Shown here in pieces: positions 40,145-50,258 of a stretch of DNA of 64,000 nt. The notes below the pieces were generated by a model. The model worked only from the letters and a program-made list of their open reading frames with translations, did no database searches and had not been told where the DNA came from. Origin of the DNA: an uncultured candidate division Zixibacteria bacterium (lineage in GTDB: Bacteria > Zixibacteria > MSB-5A5 > UBA10806 > 4484-95); contig CAXXKA010000001.1 of assembly GCA_963668625.2 (NCBI GenBank), positions 160,001 through 224,000 of the forward strand, written 5' to 3'. Every line of letters starts with the position of its first letter. Position 1 is the first letter of the stretch. Both the position numbers and the translations under genes were made by a program.

Positions 40145-42634
40145 ATGAATGAAATGTTCACTGAAAAAGCTAGACGGGCAATAGAGTATGCTCGTGATGA
40201 GGCCGCCAGGCTAAAACACGATTATATCGGCACCGAGCATTTACTTCTCGGTCTGGTCCGACTCAACGAGGGCAAGTCGATCGATATACTGCAGAATATC
40301 GGTATCGAACTCGGCGAGCTCAAAAAGAGCGTTGAGGATATAGTACAACCCTCGGGCGGTACCATGCAGATGGGTCAGTTGCCGCTTACGGCCCGGGCTA
40401 AAAAAACTTTGGAGATTTCCGGTAACGAGGCCAGAGCGCTTCGTTCTAAAGATATAGATACCGAGCACATACTGCTCGCGCTTTTGAAAGATGAGGAAGG
40501 TGTCGCCGCCCAGGTGCTTTCGATGTATGATATCGATTACAAAGAGGTGTACGAGGAACTGCGCAATATCCAGCAGGGCAAACCCTCATCGTTTGGCAAG
40601 AAACGCAAAAAATCGAAAACCCCGGCGCTCGACCATTTTGGCCGCGACCTGACAGAGCTGGCTCGCAGAAGCAAGCTCGACCCGATCATCGGCAGGGATG
40701 ATGAGATCGATCGTATCATCCAGATACTTTCGCGTCGTAAGAAAAACAATCCCGTGCTTATCGGCGAACCCGGCGTTGGTAAAACCGCCATAGCCGAGGG
40801 CCTGGCCCAGAAAATAGTCGAGGCCAAAGTGCCGCAAATCCTCGAGGATAAGAGGATCGTTACCCTGGATATGGCCTCGCTGGTGGCCGGTACCAAGTAC
40901 CGTGGCCAGTTCGAGGAACGCTTGAAAGCGGTTATGCAGGAGATAATGAACTCACAGGATGTGATTATCTTCATTGATGAGCTTCATACGATTGTCGGAG
41001 CCGGCGGGGCAGAGGGCAGTTTGGATGCCTCTAATATATTCAAACCAGCTTTATCTCGTGGCGAACTCCAGTGTATCGGCGCCACCACCTTGAACGAGTA
41101 CCGCAAGTATATCGAGAAAGACGGCGCGCTGGATAGAAGATTCCAGACTGTCATGGTTAACCCGCCCAGCGCCGAGGATACGGTGGAGATATTGAAAGGC
41201 CTGCGTGAACGCTACGAGGATCATCACAAGGTTAAAATCACCGATGAGGCAATCAAAGCGGCGGTTTCGCTTTCCGATAGATATATTTCGGGTAAATTCC
41301 AACCGGATAAATCCATTGATGTTATAGATGAAACCGGCAGCCGGGCCCATCTGAACGCTTTCACCAAGCCCGATAGTTTCGGCAATCTCGAGGATGAGAT
41401 AATCGAACTGACCAAGCAGAAAGATACCGCCGTAAAATCGCAGGAATTCGAGAAAGCCGCCCATTTGAGAGATCAAATAAAACTCAAAAAAGAACAGCTC
41501 GAAAAAGATAAAAAAGAATGGGAAGAGAAACGCTCCAATAAAAAAGTGGTAATCAAAGAGGATGACATAGCCTCGGTTATCTCCAAGATTACCGGTATTC
41601 CTCTGTTCAAACTCGAGGAGAAGGAATCGAAAAAGTTGCTCAGGATGGAGGAGCAATTGGCCGAGCGTATCGTGGGTCAGGATCAAGCTATCCGTTCGAT
41701 TGCCAAGGCAATCCGCAGAACCCGTGCCGGTTTAAAGGATCCCAGTAAGCCTATCGGTACTTTCATATTCTTAGGCCCTACCGGTGTAGGCAAAACCGAG
41801 TTGGCAAAAACGCTGGCCTCGTTCTTGTTCGAGGATGACGATTCGCTGGTCAGGATCGATATGTCGGAATATATGGAGAAATTCGCGGTATCGCGTCTCA
41901 TAGGCGCGCCTCCCGGATATGTTGGCTATGAGGAGGGCGGTCAGCTTACCGAAAAGGTGAGGCGTAAACCATACTCCGTAGTTCTTCTGGATGAGATCGA
42001 GAAGGCCCATCCTGAGGTATTCAACATCCTTCTGCAGCTTCTGGATGAGGGACAACTTACCGACTCGTTTGGTCGCAAGGTTGATTTCCGTAATACGGTG
42101 GTAATCATGACCTCTAATATGGGTACCCGTCAGGCAAAAGCAGGCAAATCGCTTGGTTTCCAGAAAGCGGATGATAAAACCCAATATGATGGTATGAAAG
42201 ACCGGATCATGGAGGAGGTCAAGAAGACTTTCAATCCCGAACTGGTTAACCGTATCGATGAAATGATTATCTTCCACTCGTTAAGTCGCGAGAATATCAT
42301 GGAGATCATCGGTATTCTTCTTAAAGATGTTGAAACTCGTCTCAGAGAGAAAGATATCATTTTTAATCTTCATGATAGCGCCCGTGATTTCCTGGCCGAT
42401 AAAGGCTTTGATCCCAATTACGGCGCTCGACCGTTGAAACGCTCGATCCAGCGATTCCTGGAGGATCCACTGGCAGAGGAGATTCTGAGGGGAGAGTACT
42501 CCAACGGCTGTAACGTGGAGATATTATTTAACGAGGGCGATGATAATCTATCGTTCAATCTCTCTCCTTTAGAGAAAGTCGATTCCGAGGAGGAGTCCGA
42601 GGAGGAGAACACTGAGGCTGAGAAAACAGTCTAG
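40145..42634 (+). CDS. clpC: ATP-dependent Clp protease ATPase ClpC
   Basis: Clp-N repeats ([10 protein letters not shown]), two AAA modules (GEPGVGKT; GPTGVGKT), UVR coiled coil, LGF loop. Confidence 0.96.
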   Translation: MNEMFTEKARRAIEYARDEAARLKHDYIGTEHLLLGLVRLNEGKSIDILQNIGIELGELKKSVEDIVQPSGGTMQMGQLPLTARAKKTLEISGNEARALRSKDIDTEHILLALLKDEEGVAAQVLSMYDIDYKEVYEELRNIQQGKPSSFGKKRKKSKTPALDHFGRDLTELARRSKLDPIIGRDDEIDRIIQILSRRKKNNPVLIGEPGVGKTAIAEGLAQKIVEAKVPQILEDKRIVTLDMASLVAGTKYRGQFEERLKAVMQEIMNSQDVIIFIDELHTIVGAGGAEGSLDASNIFKPALSRGELQCIGATTLNEYRKYIEKDGALDRRFQTVMVNPPSAEDTVEILKGLRERYEDHHKVKITDEAIKAAVSLSDRYISGKFQPDKSIDVIDETGSRAHLNAFTKPDSFGNLEDEIIELTKQKDTAVKSQEFEKAAHLRDQIKLKKEQLEKDKKEWEEKRSNKKVVIKEDDIASVISKITGIPLFKLEEKESKKLLRMEEQLAERIVGQDQAIRSIAKAIRRTRAGLKDPSKPIGTFIFLGPTGVGKTELAKTLASFLFEDDDSLVRIDMSEYMEKFAVSRLIGAPPGYVGYEEGGQLTEKVRRKPYSVVLLDEIEKAHPEVFNILLQLLDEGQLTDSFGRKVDFRNTVVIMTSNMGTRQAKAGKSLGFQKADDKTQYDGMKDRIMEEVKKTFNPELVNRIDEMIIFHSLSRENIMEIIGILLKDVETRLREKDIIFNLHDSARDFLADKGFDPNYGARPLKRSIQRFLEDPLAEEILRGEYSNGCNVEILFNEGDDNLSFNLSPLEKVDSEEESEEENTEAEKTV

Positions 42635-42660
42635 TAAACTTAAGTAGTGATAGAAATCCA

Positions 42661-42688
42661 TTAAGCCCGCCTCTTCAGGCGGGTTTAA
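42661..42688. terminator. Hairpin/terminator after clpC
   Basis: TTAAGCCCGCCT/AGGCGGGTTTAA. Confidence 0.65.
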
Positions 42689-42717
42689 TATTGGTTAAAA
42701 ATTTGTGGGTTTAGGAC

Positions 42718-42745
42718 TTGACATTAAGGCCGAAATCATTAAATT
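42718..42745 (+). promoter_or_regulatory. Sigma-70 promoter of rpmA
   Basis: TTGACA-N16-TAAATT. Confidence 0.55.
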
Positions 42746-42779
42746 AAGGGTCTGAATTTGAGCGAAAGGAAGTTTTTCG

Positions 42780-43031
42780 ATGGCACATAAAAAAGGTGTT
42801 GGATCCTCAAGGAACGGTCGTGATTCGAATGGTCAGCGCAGAGGCGTCAAACGATTCGCCGGTGAGCGTGTAACCGCCGGTAGCATAATCGTCCGCCAGT
42901 GCGGTACCCGTATTTACCCCGGCGATAATGTCGGCATGGGGAAAGACCACACTCTGTTTGCCACCGCCGATGGCGTTGTTAAATTCATCAGAGTTGGCCG
43001 CGACCGCAAGAAAGTATCCATAATAGACTGA
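42780..43031 (+). CDS. rpmA: 50S ribosomal protein L27
   Basis: [16 protein letters not shown]...[20 protein letters not shown]. Confidence 0.98.
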   Translation: MAHKKGVGSSRNGRDSNGQRRGVKRFAGERVTAGSIIVRQCGTRIYPGDNVGMGKDHTLFATADGVVKFIRVGRDRKKVSIID

Positions 43032-43094
43032 GTTTATACCCGGTTATCGAGTGTATCCGGGTTCTTTTGTTCTTTATAACAGAAAATTGTAATA

Positions 43095-43742
43095 ATGCCT
43101 GAATTACGCAGCAAAATTCCCAAAAGGATCGGCGTTCTACTCTCGTCTGAGTCCCTTTGGGAAGTTATTTTTTGTTTCCAGGAAGTTGAAAAAAACGGCT
43201 ATATGCGTTTACCGGTGGCTCTCTCGCCTGAGAAAGCCGAGCCTGTTGATGTCGAAAGGCGTTTTGATATTTTACATAAACTCGCCCGCATAGAAATAGT
43301 CGATGCCGACGAGATGAAAACGGGTTCTATCAGTGCTTTATTGATTTGCGCCGGTAAAAACGAGTTCAACTCGCTATGTAATTTCGAGAATAAGGGCGAG
43401 GCGTATGGCATCGATATACATTTACGTTCATTTATCCGCACAGTCTATCGCAAGGGTCTGCCTATCGGCGCTTTCGGTTATTCGGTTCCGCTTCTGGTCA
43501 AAGCGGTACAGGGGATAACCAAGTCCGGCCCGGTAGTCACTGTCGGCAACGATCCCAAGCTCCAATCGGGTATCGAGGCCACCGGCTCCCAGGCGATAAC
43601 CACCCGCCCAACCGAAGTCATAATCGATAATACCAATAAATTAGTTACCTGCGGTGGCCAGCTTTCCTCAACCAGATTAGAGGAGGTCGCCGATGATTGT
43701 AAGAATATGTTCCAAGCGATCTTAGAACTAATAAAAGGATAA
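43095..43742 (+). CDS. ElbB/ES1 (DJ-1 superfamily)-like protein, degenerate
   Basis: ARIEI, LCNFENKG, KGLPIGAF, VTVGND, IIDNTNKLVT resemble ElbB; nucleophile Cys absent. Confidence 0.65.
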   Translation: MPELRSKIPKRIGVLLSSESLWEVIFCFQEVEKNGYMRLPVALSPEKAEPVDVERRFDILHKLARIEIVDADEMKTGSISALLICAGKNEFNSLCNFENKGEAYGIDIHLRSFIRTVYRKGLPIGAFGYSVPLLVKAVQGITKSGPVVTVGNDPKLQSGIEATGSQAITTRPTEVIIDNTNKLVTCGGQLSSTRLEEVADDCKNMFQAILELIKG

Positions 43743-43746
43743 GCTT

Positions 43747-44586
43747 ATGCGAGAAGTTGATGTCAGGGAGATAACCCGGGCGGTTAAAAAAATGTGTATG
43801 GACGCCAACTACTACCTCGGTGATGATGTCTTGAATGCAATCAAGAAATACGAGGCTACCGAGGAATCGCCGCTGGGAAAAGAGATTTTAAACCAAATTA
43901 TCCAAAACGCTGATATTGCCAAGAACAACCAGATGCCGTTATGTCAGGACACGGGCCTGGTAGCGGTGTTCGCCGAGGTTGGCCAGGAAGTGCATTTCAG
44001 CGATAGTTTCAACGAGGCTATACACGAGGGCGTTCGCCAGGGTTATGGCGAGGGTTACCTTCGTAAATCGGTGGTCGAGGATCCGCTTCGCCGCAAGAAT
44101 ACCGGCGATAACACCCCCTCGATTATTACCACCACACTGGTACCCGGCGACAAGGTGAAAATCACCATATTGCCTAAAGGCGGTGGCTCTGAGAATATGA
44201 GCCGTATCGCTATGCTAAAGCCCGGTGATGGTGAGGAAGGCGCCAAAGATTTCATCGTCGAGACGATTCGTATCGCCGGTGGCAATCCCTGCCCGCCGCT
44301 TATTGTCGGTGTGGGTATCGGCGGCTTGTTCGATAAAGTCGCGCATCTGGCCAAAAAATCGCTTCTGCGCGAGGTCGGCTCGAAACATCCCGACCCATAC
44401 TACGCTGCGATGGAGGAGGAACTCCTCGAGCGAATCAACAATACCGGTGTCGGCCCGCAGGGATTAGGCGGTAGAACCACCGCTTTAGCCGTGCATATCG
44501 AAACTCATCCGTGCCATATCGCAAGTATGCCTGTGGCGGTTAACACTCAATGTCACTCTGCCCGTCATAGAACGGTCATAATTTAG
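43747..44586 (+). CDS. Fe-S hydro-lyase (class I fumarate hydratase) alpha subunit
   Basis: PLCQDTG, YLRKSVV, NTGDNTP, KGGGSEN, NPCPP, HPCHIAS, QCHSAR. Confidence 0.92.
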   Translation: MREVDVREITRAVKKMCMDANYYLGDDVLNAIKKYEATEESPLGKEILNQIIQNADIAKNNQMPLCQDTGLVAVFAEVGQEVHFSDSFNEAIHEGVRQGYGEGYLRKSVVEDPLRRKNTGDNTPSIITTTLVPGDKVKITILPKGGGSENMSRIAMLKPGDGEEGAKDFIVETIRIAGGNPCPPLIVGVGIGGLFDKVAHLAKKSLLREVGSKHPDPYYAAMEEELLERINNTGVGPQGLGGRTTALAVHIETHPCHIASMPVAVNTQCHSARHRTVII

Positions 44587-44596
44587 TGAGGTAGCC

Positions 44597-45151
44597 ATGG
44601 ATTATATAAAATTAACGCCTCCGCTAAAAGATGCGGACATAGAACAGTTAAAAGCCGGCGACCGCGTACTCATAAATGGCGTGATGTTCACCGGCAGGGA
44701 TGCCGCTCACAAGAAGATGGTTGATCTGATTGGGAAGGGTGAGAAGATGCCGTTTGATCCGGTCGGCCAGATAATTTACTTCGTCGGCCCGGCTCCGGCA
44801 AAACCGGGGCAGGTGATGAATTCCGCCGGCCCGACAACCTCAGGCAGGATGAACAAGTTTTCCCCGATAGTCATTGGCGCCGGCCTTAAGGGCATGGTTG
44901 GCAAGGGCGAGATGGGCCCCGAGGTGGTAGAGGCCATGAAAAAGAACAAAGCCGTGTACATGGTAGCAGTCGGCGGCGCGGGCGCGCTGATTGCCGACAG
45001 AATCACCAAAGCCGAGGTAGTGGCCTGGGAGGAGTTAGGTCCCGAGGCGTTGCGTCGGTTAGAGGTGAAAGATTTCCCGGCCATAGTAGCCCAGGATTGC
45101 CACGGCGGCAATATCTACATCGAAGGCAGAGAGAAGTACAAGAAAGAGTAA
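44597..45151 (+). CDS. Fe-S hydro-lyase (class I fumarate hydratase) beta subunit
   Basis: TGRDAAH, AGPTTSGRM, GKGE, GGAGAL, LGPEA. Confidence 0.92.
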   Translation: MDYIKLTPPLKDADIEQLKAGDRVLINGVMFTGRDAAHKKMVDLIGKGEKMPFDPVGQIIYFVGPAPAKPGQVMNSAGPTTSGRMNKFSPIVIGAGLKGMVGKGEMGPEVVEAMKKNKAVYMVAVGGAGALIADRITKAEVVAWEELGPEALRRLEVKDFPAIVAQDCHGGNIYIEGREKYKKE

Positions 45152-45165
45152 CTGATATTCAGCAA

Positions 45166-45646
45166 AGCCGTCGGGAAAGGATTCCCAACGGCTCAAGGAA
45201 ATAGATTTTCAAAAGGGCGTATTTTGTACGCCCTTTTTTAGTGGTATAATATCAAGCATAGCACCACCTCGTTCCTAAACTGAGTTTAGGAACGGGATTG
45301 TCCGAGAAACTCCAGTTTCTAGTATTAGTGGGTTAGTTAAGCCAGGTGCCCCATCCCGGTTACTGCAGCGATGGGATAGTTGATTAGCTGCAATCATCCA
45401 AACCCCGCCGCCCCCGGGCAGCACTGGTGTGCTATCCCCACATCCCCTTCTTGTAATTAATCCAAGCACATATCACAAGATTGTTATCGCCGACTGAGAT
45501 GTATAATTACACCAGAAAAATCAAATTGTCATCCCGGCAGGGGGAGCCGGGATCTAGAAGGGGGGAGGGGGTATTCGCTGTCACATGCCAACCACGTTTG
45601 TAATTACCACCGAGGGTTAGTCACGCTCCAAGTGAGCGTGACCTAC
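45166..45646. repeat. Mosaic of REP-like palindromes between convergent genes
   Basis: Hairpins at 45166-45193, 45268-45294, 45304-45320, 45527-45554, 45620-45646. Confidence 0.6.
45211..45240 (+). terminator. Rho-independent terminator after fumarase
   Basis: AAAAGGGCGTA/TACGCCCTTTTTT. Confidence 0.8.
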
Positions 45647-45660
45647 AAAAATAGCACAAC

Positions 45661-45684
45661 AAAAAAGGCGGCCAAATGGCCGCC
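45661..45684 (-). terminator. Terminator of the RRM gene
   Basis: GGCGGCCA/TGGCCGCC stem with an A-run on the + strand. Confidence 0.75.
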
Positions 45685-45707
45685 CGCAAATAATCTTCCG
45701 TTTATTA

Positions 45708-46001
45708 TTAGAAACGTCTATTATTGCTGCCTAAGCGATCGCCACCGAAATTTCTGCGGGGCTTGTCGCTGCGAGGCTTAGCCTCATCGATTTTCATGGT
45801 GCGACCCTGATAATCGGTACCGTTCAAGTTTTCCTGTACCTTCGTGGCATCCTCAGGTGAGGACATTTCCACGAAACCGAAGCCTTTACCGTCAATGATA
45901 TTAACTTCTTTTACCGTGCCGTGTTCTGAAAATAACTCTGATAAACCTTCTTTGGTTACATCATAACTGAGATTGCCTACGTAAAGTTTGCTACCTTGCA
46001 T
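45708..46001 (-). CDS. RRM (RNP-1) RNA-binding protein
   Basis: KLYVGNLSY (RNP2), KGFGFVEM (RNP1), Gly/Arg tail; ATG 46001. Confidence 0.93.
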   Translation of the reverse strand: MQGSKLYVGNLSYDVTKEGLSELFSEHGTVKEVNIIDGKGFGFVEMSSPEDATKVQENLNGTDYQGRTMKIDEAKPRSDKPRRNFGGDRLGSNNRRF

Positions 46002-46525
46002 TCTTTCCTGTTCTTTCTTTTCTTTGTTCAAAGTATTCTCTGGGAGAATGAAACAAGATAGCCGTTCTTCTTCTCTTGACTGAATATTAAGAAACAAAAT
46101 TAATTATTATCTAAACTGAATACTTGTTCTCTTTGCCTTTCCACCTCCATTCATATAAATATGATTGTCGTGATTATTAGTTCGTTCAGTATCTAATATA
46201 TGCTAAACGTATATGAATAGCAACAAGTTTCATCGATTTGTAAAAAATATTTTACGGGCCGCCCCGACGATAGTTAACTCGATACGGAATATGGGGTAAG
46301 GGGGTGTATTTATTTTAAATAGCAGCGCCTTATCCCGAATATTGCCTGGAACGGGGATAGGCCATCCTCGGCGGTAAGCCAATTAGCCCTGCCGTCCCCG
46401 GCCAGACACGGCGGGGTTGACTCGTCATCCCCCCGACCGGAATGCCAGCTTATATCTTATGCAGACTACGTTTACTCTTTACGGCGCGGGTTCGTTGGGA
46501 GACACGGCTCACCGATCTACACATG

Positions 46526-46555
46526 AAAAAACCGTCCCCCTTATGAGGACGGTTT
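46526..46555 (-). terminator. Terminator of the pilin operon
   Basis: AAACCGTCC/GGACGGTTT stem followed by T6 on the - strand. Confidence 0.75.
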
Positions 46556-46648
46556 ACCCTTGTAGCGGCCTGGTATTCACCCCCGATACCAGGCCTATTC
46601 CGTGCAACTATCAGCGCGTGAGTTTTCTATGGCCAGATCCAGCCTCCC

Positions 46649-47296
46649 TTAGCGCGACCTGGCGCTCAACTGCGCTTTTCTTTTCGGCCTGGGTTTCGGC
46701 GCGACAGCTTTAGTCGACCGTGTTTTCTCTTTCTTTAATTCAGCGTTCTTTCTTCTCTTGTTGGCCGATACGACCTTGACTGCCAGTATCCCAATGACCG
46801 CGGCTATCGCAAAATACAGCAATGTAGTTTTGCCCTGCGGCGCTACGATGGCTACACTTATCGGCACTTTCTCATCACCCAGCGTGGCTAATATCCTCGA
46901 ACCGGTGGCGACCTGCATGTAGTAGTCGAGTTGATCTCCGGTTAAGGCGGCGCCCAGTATCTTAAACTGGAAGTTGCCCGAGGGTGATTTGCGCATGGCG
47001 CGCTTGTAATAATGATCATCACCATCGAAACGGTAATAGATAATCGGTATACCGTTGCCCAGGTTGTTTATCTGGGCGTCGATGAAGAAATCATCTGTTG
47101 ACTTGATCTGCAACGGAGGATTGTGGATAATCTCCGGCAGAAGTTCTTTCTTTGCCTGTTTCACCTGTACCGTCTGATGGTACGAGTGTTGCGAATATCC
47201 GCCTCGGCCATCAAGGGCTTTCACACCCCAGCCGGTGCCGGCGGTAAAAGCCAGGATGAGCAAGGCCAGAATCCCTGTTTTTGCTAATTTATTCAT
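46649..47296 (-). CDS. Hypothetical protein: signal peptide, Ig-like domain, C-terminal TM anchor and basic tail
   Basis: I.H.P...IYYR...M...LDYY Ig-like pattern; hydrophobic helix followed by a K/R-rich tail. Confidence 0.7.
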   Translation of the reverse strand: MNKLAKTGILALLILAFTAGTGWGVKALDGRGGYSQHSYHQTVQVKQAKKELLPEIIHNPPLQIKSTDDFFIDAQINNLGNGIPIIYYRFDGDDHYYKRAMRKSPSGNFQFKILGAALTGDQLDYYMQVATGSRILATLGDEKVPISVAIVAPQGKTTLLYFAIAAVIGILAVKVVSANKRRKNAELKKEKTRSTKAVAPKPRPKRKAQLSARSR

Positions 47297-47313
47297 TATT
47301 CCCCTCCTGAAAA

Positions 47314-49242
47314 TTATCGAACTGATTTATCTTCCCAACTGACAGTTGAGTAAGCCTTGGTTAAAGGCACGTACATGTTCATATCCATTAAGTCCTGGTA
47401 ATTCGAGGACAGTCTCTCATCGTGATTTAACTTTACGTCACCGCTTGTTAAAATCATCGATTCGTTACGAGCCACGACCGAGCCGTTGAACTCGCAGCCG
47501 CCCTGGAACCATCCAGCCAACGCATGGTTGGTGTAGAAAACGCCGTCCATATCGGTAACCGATGAACTGGACATATCGCTGTAGGAACTTACACCGGCCG
47601 GCAGGTTATAGAAATTCGACAGCGAGACATCGAAACCTATATCATCACCGTAACTGTAAGTGCCGCCGTACTGACCGTCACCGTCGATATCCTCGCCGGT
47701 GCCGGCTACGATATGGTAACCGGACGGCACCTGGGCCTCGCCGCCTACGATAGGCAGGTCAACCTGCTGTTGATGACCTTCGTTATCGGCGATATTGACC
47801 GTGAAATAGCCGTCGCTTTCTTTCTGTGAGGCCTGATACGGATTGCTGCTGCTGGTCAGGTCACCGAATACACCATCAACACCGACATCCTCCTGACCGT
47901 TATTACGATAATCACGTAACCATCCGCCGCTACTTGTGATATAATTCTGCCAGCTCGAACTCGTGTGGTTGCCGGCCACGATATTGTTAACGGTCATGAA
48001 AGCGACCATATCAGCATCGGCGTTGTCGGTTTTCCACTGCTCGAGACGGGTTTGATAGGCTTCCGGAGTTTCTGTCGGGTAGTTATAAGTCGGCCGGGCG
48101 GTAAGTTGATTTTTATAAGATACGCCACTTCCCACATATGTATTTCTGCCCACGTAGAACGAACCTTTGCCCTCAACCACGCCGGTAATAGCCAGGTTGT
48201 TGGTTACGGCTACGGTACCCTCGATAATAACCGGGTTTGTGGATGTACCGACCAGGGCCAGATCGCCGCTTTCGCCGGCATTGTCACCAAAGGCGCCGTA
48301 TACCACGACCTCGCTGGATTGCAGTACGCCGTCGCCGTTCGAGTCGATACCGACCTTGCCCTGCGGATTGCCGTAATCGCCATTAGCCAGACCTATATAG
48401 TAAGGATTCAATTCCTGGACGATTCCATCGCCATCGAGGTCAGCCGGATCGTTCAAGTTAGGCATCTCGATAATCGCGCGATCGTTCTCGGCGTTATCCG
48501 TACCGCCGTAGCTATGACGATTAACCGCATCGGAGGCCATACCCTGATAACCCGAACCGCTCGTTGGGAACGTATAGCCACCGGCGTAAATGCCGCCGCC
48601 GTCAATCATCTCACCCGTTACGGGGTCATATCTTGGATTACCGTTACCGGTAAAATATCCCGAAAGAAGGTCGAAATGGCCGTTAGCCCTGACATTACCG
48701 TTAGCTACGGCTCGTCCGGAACTAAAGCCAGACCACCAACCGAAGTGGTTGATAAAATATGCGTAATCGAAAACCTCAGCCGGTAAAATGCCGAATCTCA
48801 TTTTTGCCTGAAGAGTAACTTTCTCGTTACCGCCGGCGGCCGTACCCTCGGCTACGATAGTAACATCGCGGCAATCGATAAACGGCGATTGTGCGCCTGG
48901 ATTTTCTATCTCATCCACATAAACGGTGTAACTGCCCTCGGCGCCTAAGTCGATATCCTGGTAAAACGCCGAATCGCTCAAGTTATCCAGCCAGCCGAAC
49001 GGATTGGTAATAGGGGAGACATTCTCATCATAGAAGTTGCCCCAGATATACTCGTTAATCGCTCGCTCTAGACCGGCCTCGGCTACGTAAAACGTCTGTG
49101 ATCCGCGTTTGTTACTGCCGGATATATCAATACCGGTGTTAGAGTTCATTACCGCGGCTATTCCCAGAAGAGTAATCATCAGAAGTATGGGAAGAACCAC
49201 GATCATGGCCATACCCTTATTGTTATTCAATGATTTTTTCAT
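47314..49242 (-). CDS. PilX-like minor pilin with large C-terminal domain
   Basis: Class III signal NNKG|MAMIVVL lacking Glu5, TFYVAEAGLERA; DxDGDG loops; ATG 49242. Confidence 0.8.
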   Translation of the reverse strand: MKKSLNNNKGMAMIVVLPILLMITLLGIAAVMNSNTGIDISGSNKRGSQTFYVAEAGLERAINEYIWGNFYDENVSPITNPFGWLDNLSDSAFYQDIDLGAEGSYTVYVDEIENPGAQSPFIDCRDVTIVAEGTAAGGNEKVTLQAKMRFGILPAEVFDYAYFINHFGWWSGFSSGRAVANGNVRANGHFDLLSGYFTGNGNPRYDPVTGEMIDGGGIYAGGYTFPTSGSGYQGMASDAVNRHSYGGTDNAENDRAIIEMPNLNDPADLDGDGIVQELNPYYIGLANGDYGNPQGKVGIDSNGDGVLQSSEVVVYGAFGDNAGESGDLALVGTSTNPVIIEGTVAVTNNLAITGVVEGKGSFYVGRNTYVGSGVSYKNQLTARPTYNYPTETPEAYQTRLEQWKTDNADADMVAFMTVNNIVAGNHTSSSWQNYITSSGGWLRDYRNNGQEDVGVDGVFGDLTSSSNPYQASQKESDGYFTVNIADNEGHQQQVDLPIVGGEAQVPSGYHIVAGTGEDIDGDGQYGGTYSYGDDIGFDVSLSNFYNLPAGVSSYSDMSSSSVTDMDGVFYTNHALAGWFQGGCEFNGSVVARNESMILTSGDVKLNHDERLSSNYQDLMDMNMYVPLTKAYSTVSWEDKSVR

Positions 49243-49252
49243 GACTACCCCC

Positions 49253-49651
49253 TTAATTGGCTTTCGTCGTGAAAGTTCTATAATCGACCGACCTCGGTAG
49301 GTCATTGTGATCCACCCAGGTGACGTTTACGTGCAGACGGTAAACACCGCTGGGGACTGTCGCATCCGACTCCGAACCATCAACGGTGGTTACGATATTG
49401 TATTTGTTATTGACATTATTATCGAATTCCATGTAAGGCAGAGGACTGAAATTCGGTGTATTAATCAACGATTCTATCTTGTCCTGGGCGAGCGTGTTGG
49501 CCTCGGTCAATTCGTTGGCAAATGAGTTGGCGTCAATAGTGATGACCATAAGCGGCGCAAGTCCGAGAACACCCACGGCCAGAATCAACATAGCCGCCAT
49601 AACCTCTATCAGGCTCATTCCCTTGTTATTTAATTCCCTCAGTATCTTCAT
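49253..49651 (-). CDS. PilV-like minor type IV pilin
   Basis: NNKG|MSLIEVMAAMLILAVG, LAQDKIE, VNVTW; ATG 49651. Confidence 0.82.
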   Translation of the reverse strand: MKILRELNNKGMSLIEVMAAMLILAVGVLGLAPLMVITIDANSFANELTEANTLAQDKIESLINTPNFSPLPYMEFDNNVNNKYNIVTTVDGSESDATVPSGVYRLHVNVTWVDHNDLPRSVDYRTFTTKAN

Positions 49652-49669
49652 GGTAATTAACCTCACTCC

Positions 49670-50200
49670 CTAATTGATATTTCTAAGACTTACTATTTGA
49701 GTAAGCGTTCGTTCGAATTTATGGCCGTTCATAACCTGGTCATCGAATTTTACCGAATTTGCCGTAATACTGACCTCGATTGAACTTGCGCTAACGACAT
49801 CGATTTGCATATCGCTGATCTCATCCGCGTAAATTTCCGAATTACCGTTGACCGCTTTCATCAGCATCGGGTGAAGCGTATCGGATTTATCGACATAGTA
49901 TTTGATTGCCAGTGTATCGCGATTGATTGTCAATGTATCAGCATTACCGGTGAGATCTACTAACTCGTAGGCGCCGACCGTATCGGGTGTATTAAATCCC
50001 GCCATCCTGATCTCGCGGCACAATTCCTGTAATGAGGCTCTGGCGTTCTGCTGCATCTCAGTTATATCTTCCTGTGACATATATTGTTGATTTACTCGTA
50101 CGAAGAAATGGAAGCCTGCCGCAGCCACGATGCTTGTCATCAATGCGACAATCAGCAACTCTATTACAGTCATTCCCTTTTTATTTAAAAGCTTCCTCAT
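49670..50200 (-). CDS. PilW-like minor type IV pilin
   Basis: NKKG|MTVIELLIV, MQQNARASL..L.REIRMAG; GGAGG RBS, ATG 50200. Confidence 0.85.
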   Translation of the reverse strand: MRKLLNKKGMTVIELLIVALMTSIVAAAGFHFFVRVNQQYMSQEDITEMQQNARASLQELCREIRMAGFNTPDTVGAYELVDLTGNADTLTINRDTLAIKYYVDKSDTLHPMLMKAVNGNSEIYADEISDMQIDVVSASSIEVSITANSVKFDDQVMNGHKFERTLTQIVSLRNIN

Positions 50201-50240
50201 TTTTCCTCCTGCTTCGTTAATCATTTCACGATTCTATACT

Positions 50241-50258
50241 ATGCAGATTGTATGCCAA
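50241..50258 (-). promoter_or_regulatory. Sigma-54 (-24/-12) promoter of the pilin cluster
   Basis: Minus strand TTGGCATACAATCTGCAT = TGGCA...TGC, GG-N10-GC; AT-rich upstream region. Confidence 0.7.

Noticed and set aside
46526-46560. c-di-GMP-I riboswitch (GGTAAACC... on the - strand)
   Set aside because: Lacks the GNRA loop and downstream GCAAAGC/P3; it is a simple terminator 3' of a gene
45166-46646. CRISPR array or tRNA among the hairpins
   Set aside because: No regularly spaced direct repeats, no cloverleaf/T-loop pattern and no cas genes
47965-48786. 273-aa + strand ORF, and the many other antisense/overlapping ORFs in the track (e.g. 41051-41686, 23349-23921, 56440-56835)
   Set aside because: Shadow frames of well-supported genes with no recognisable motifs
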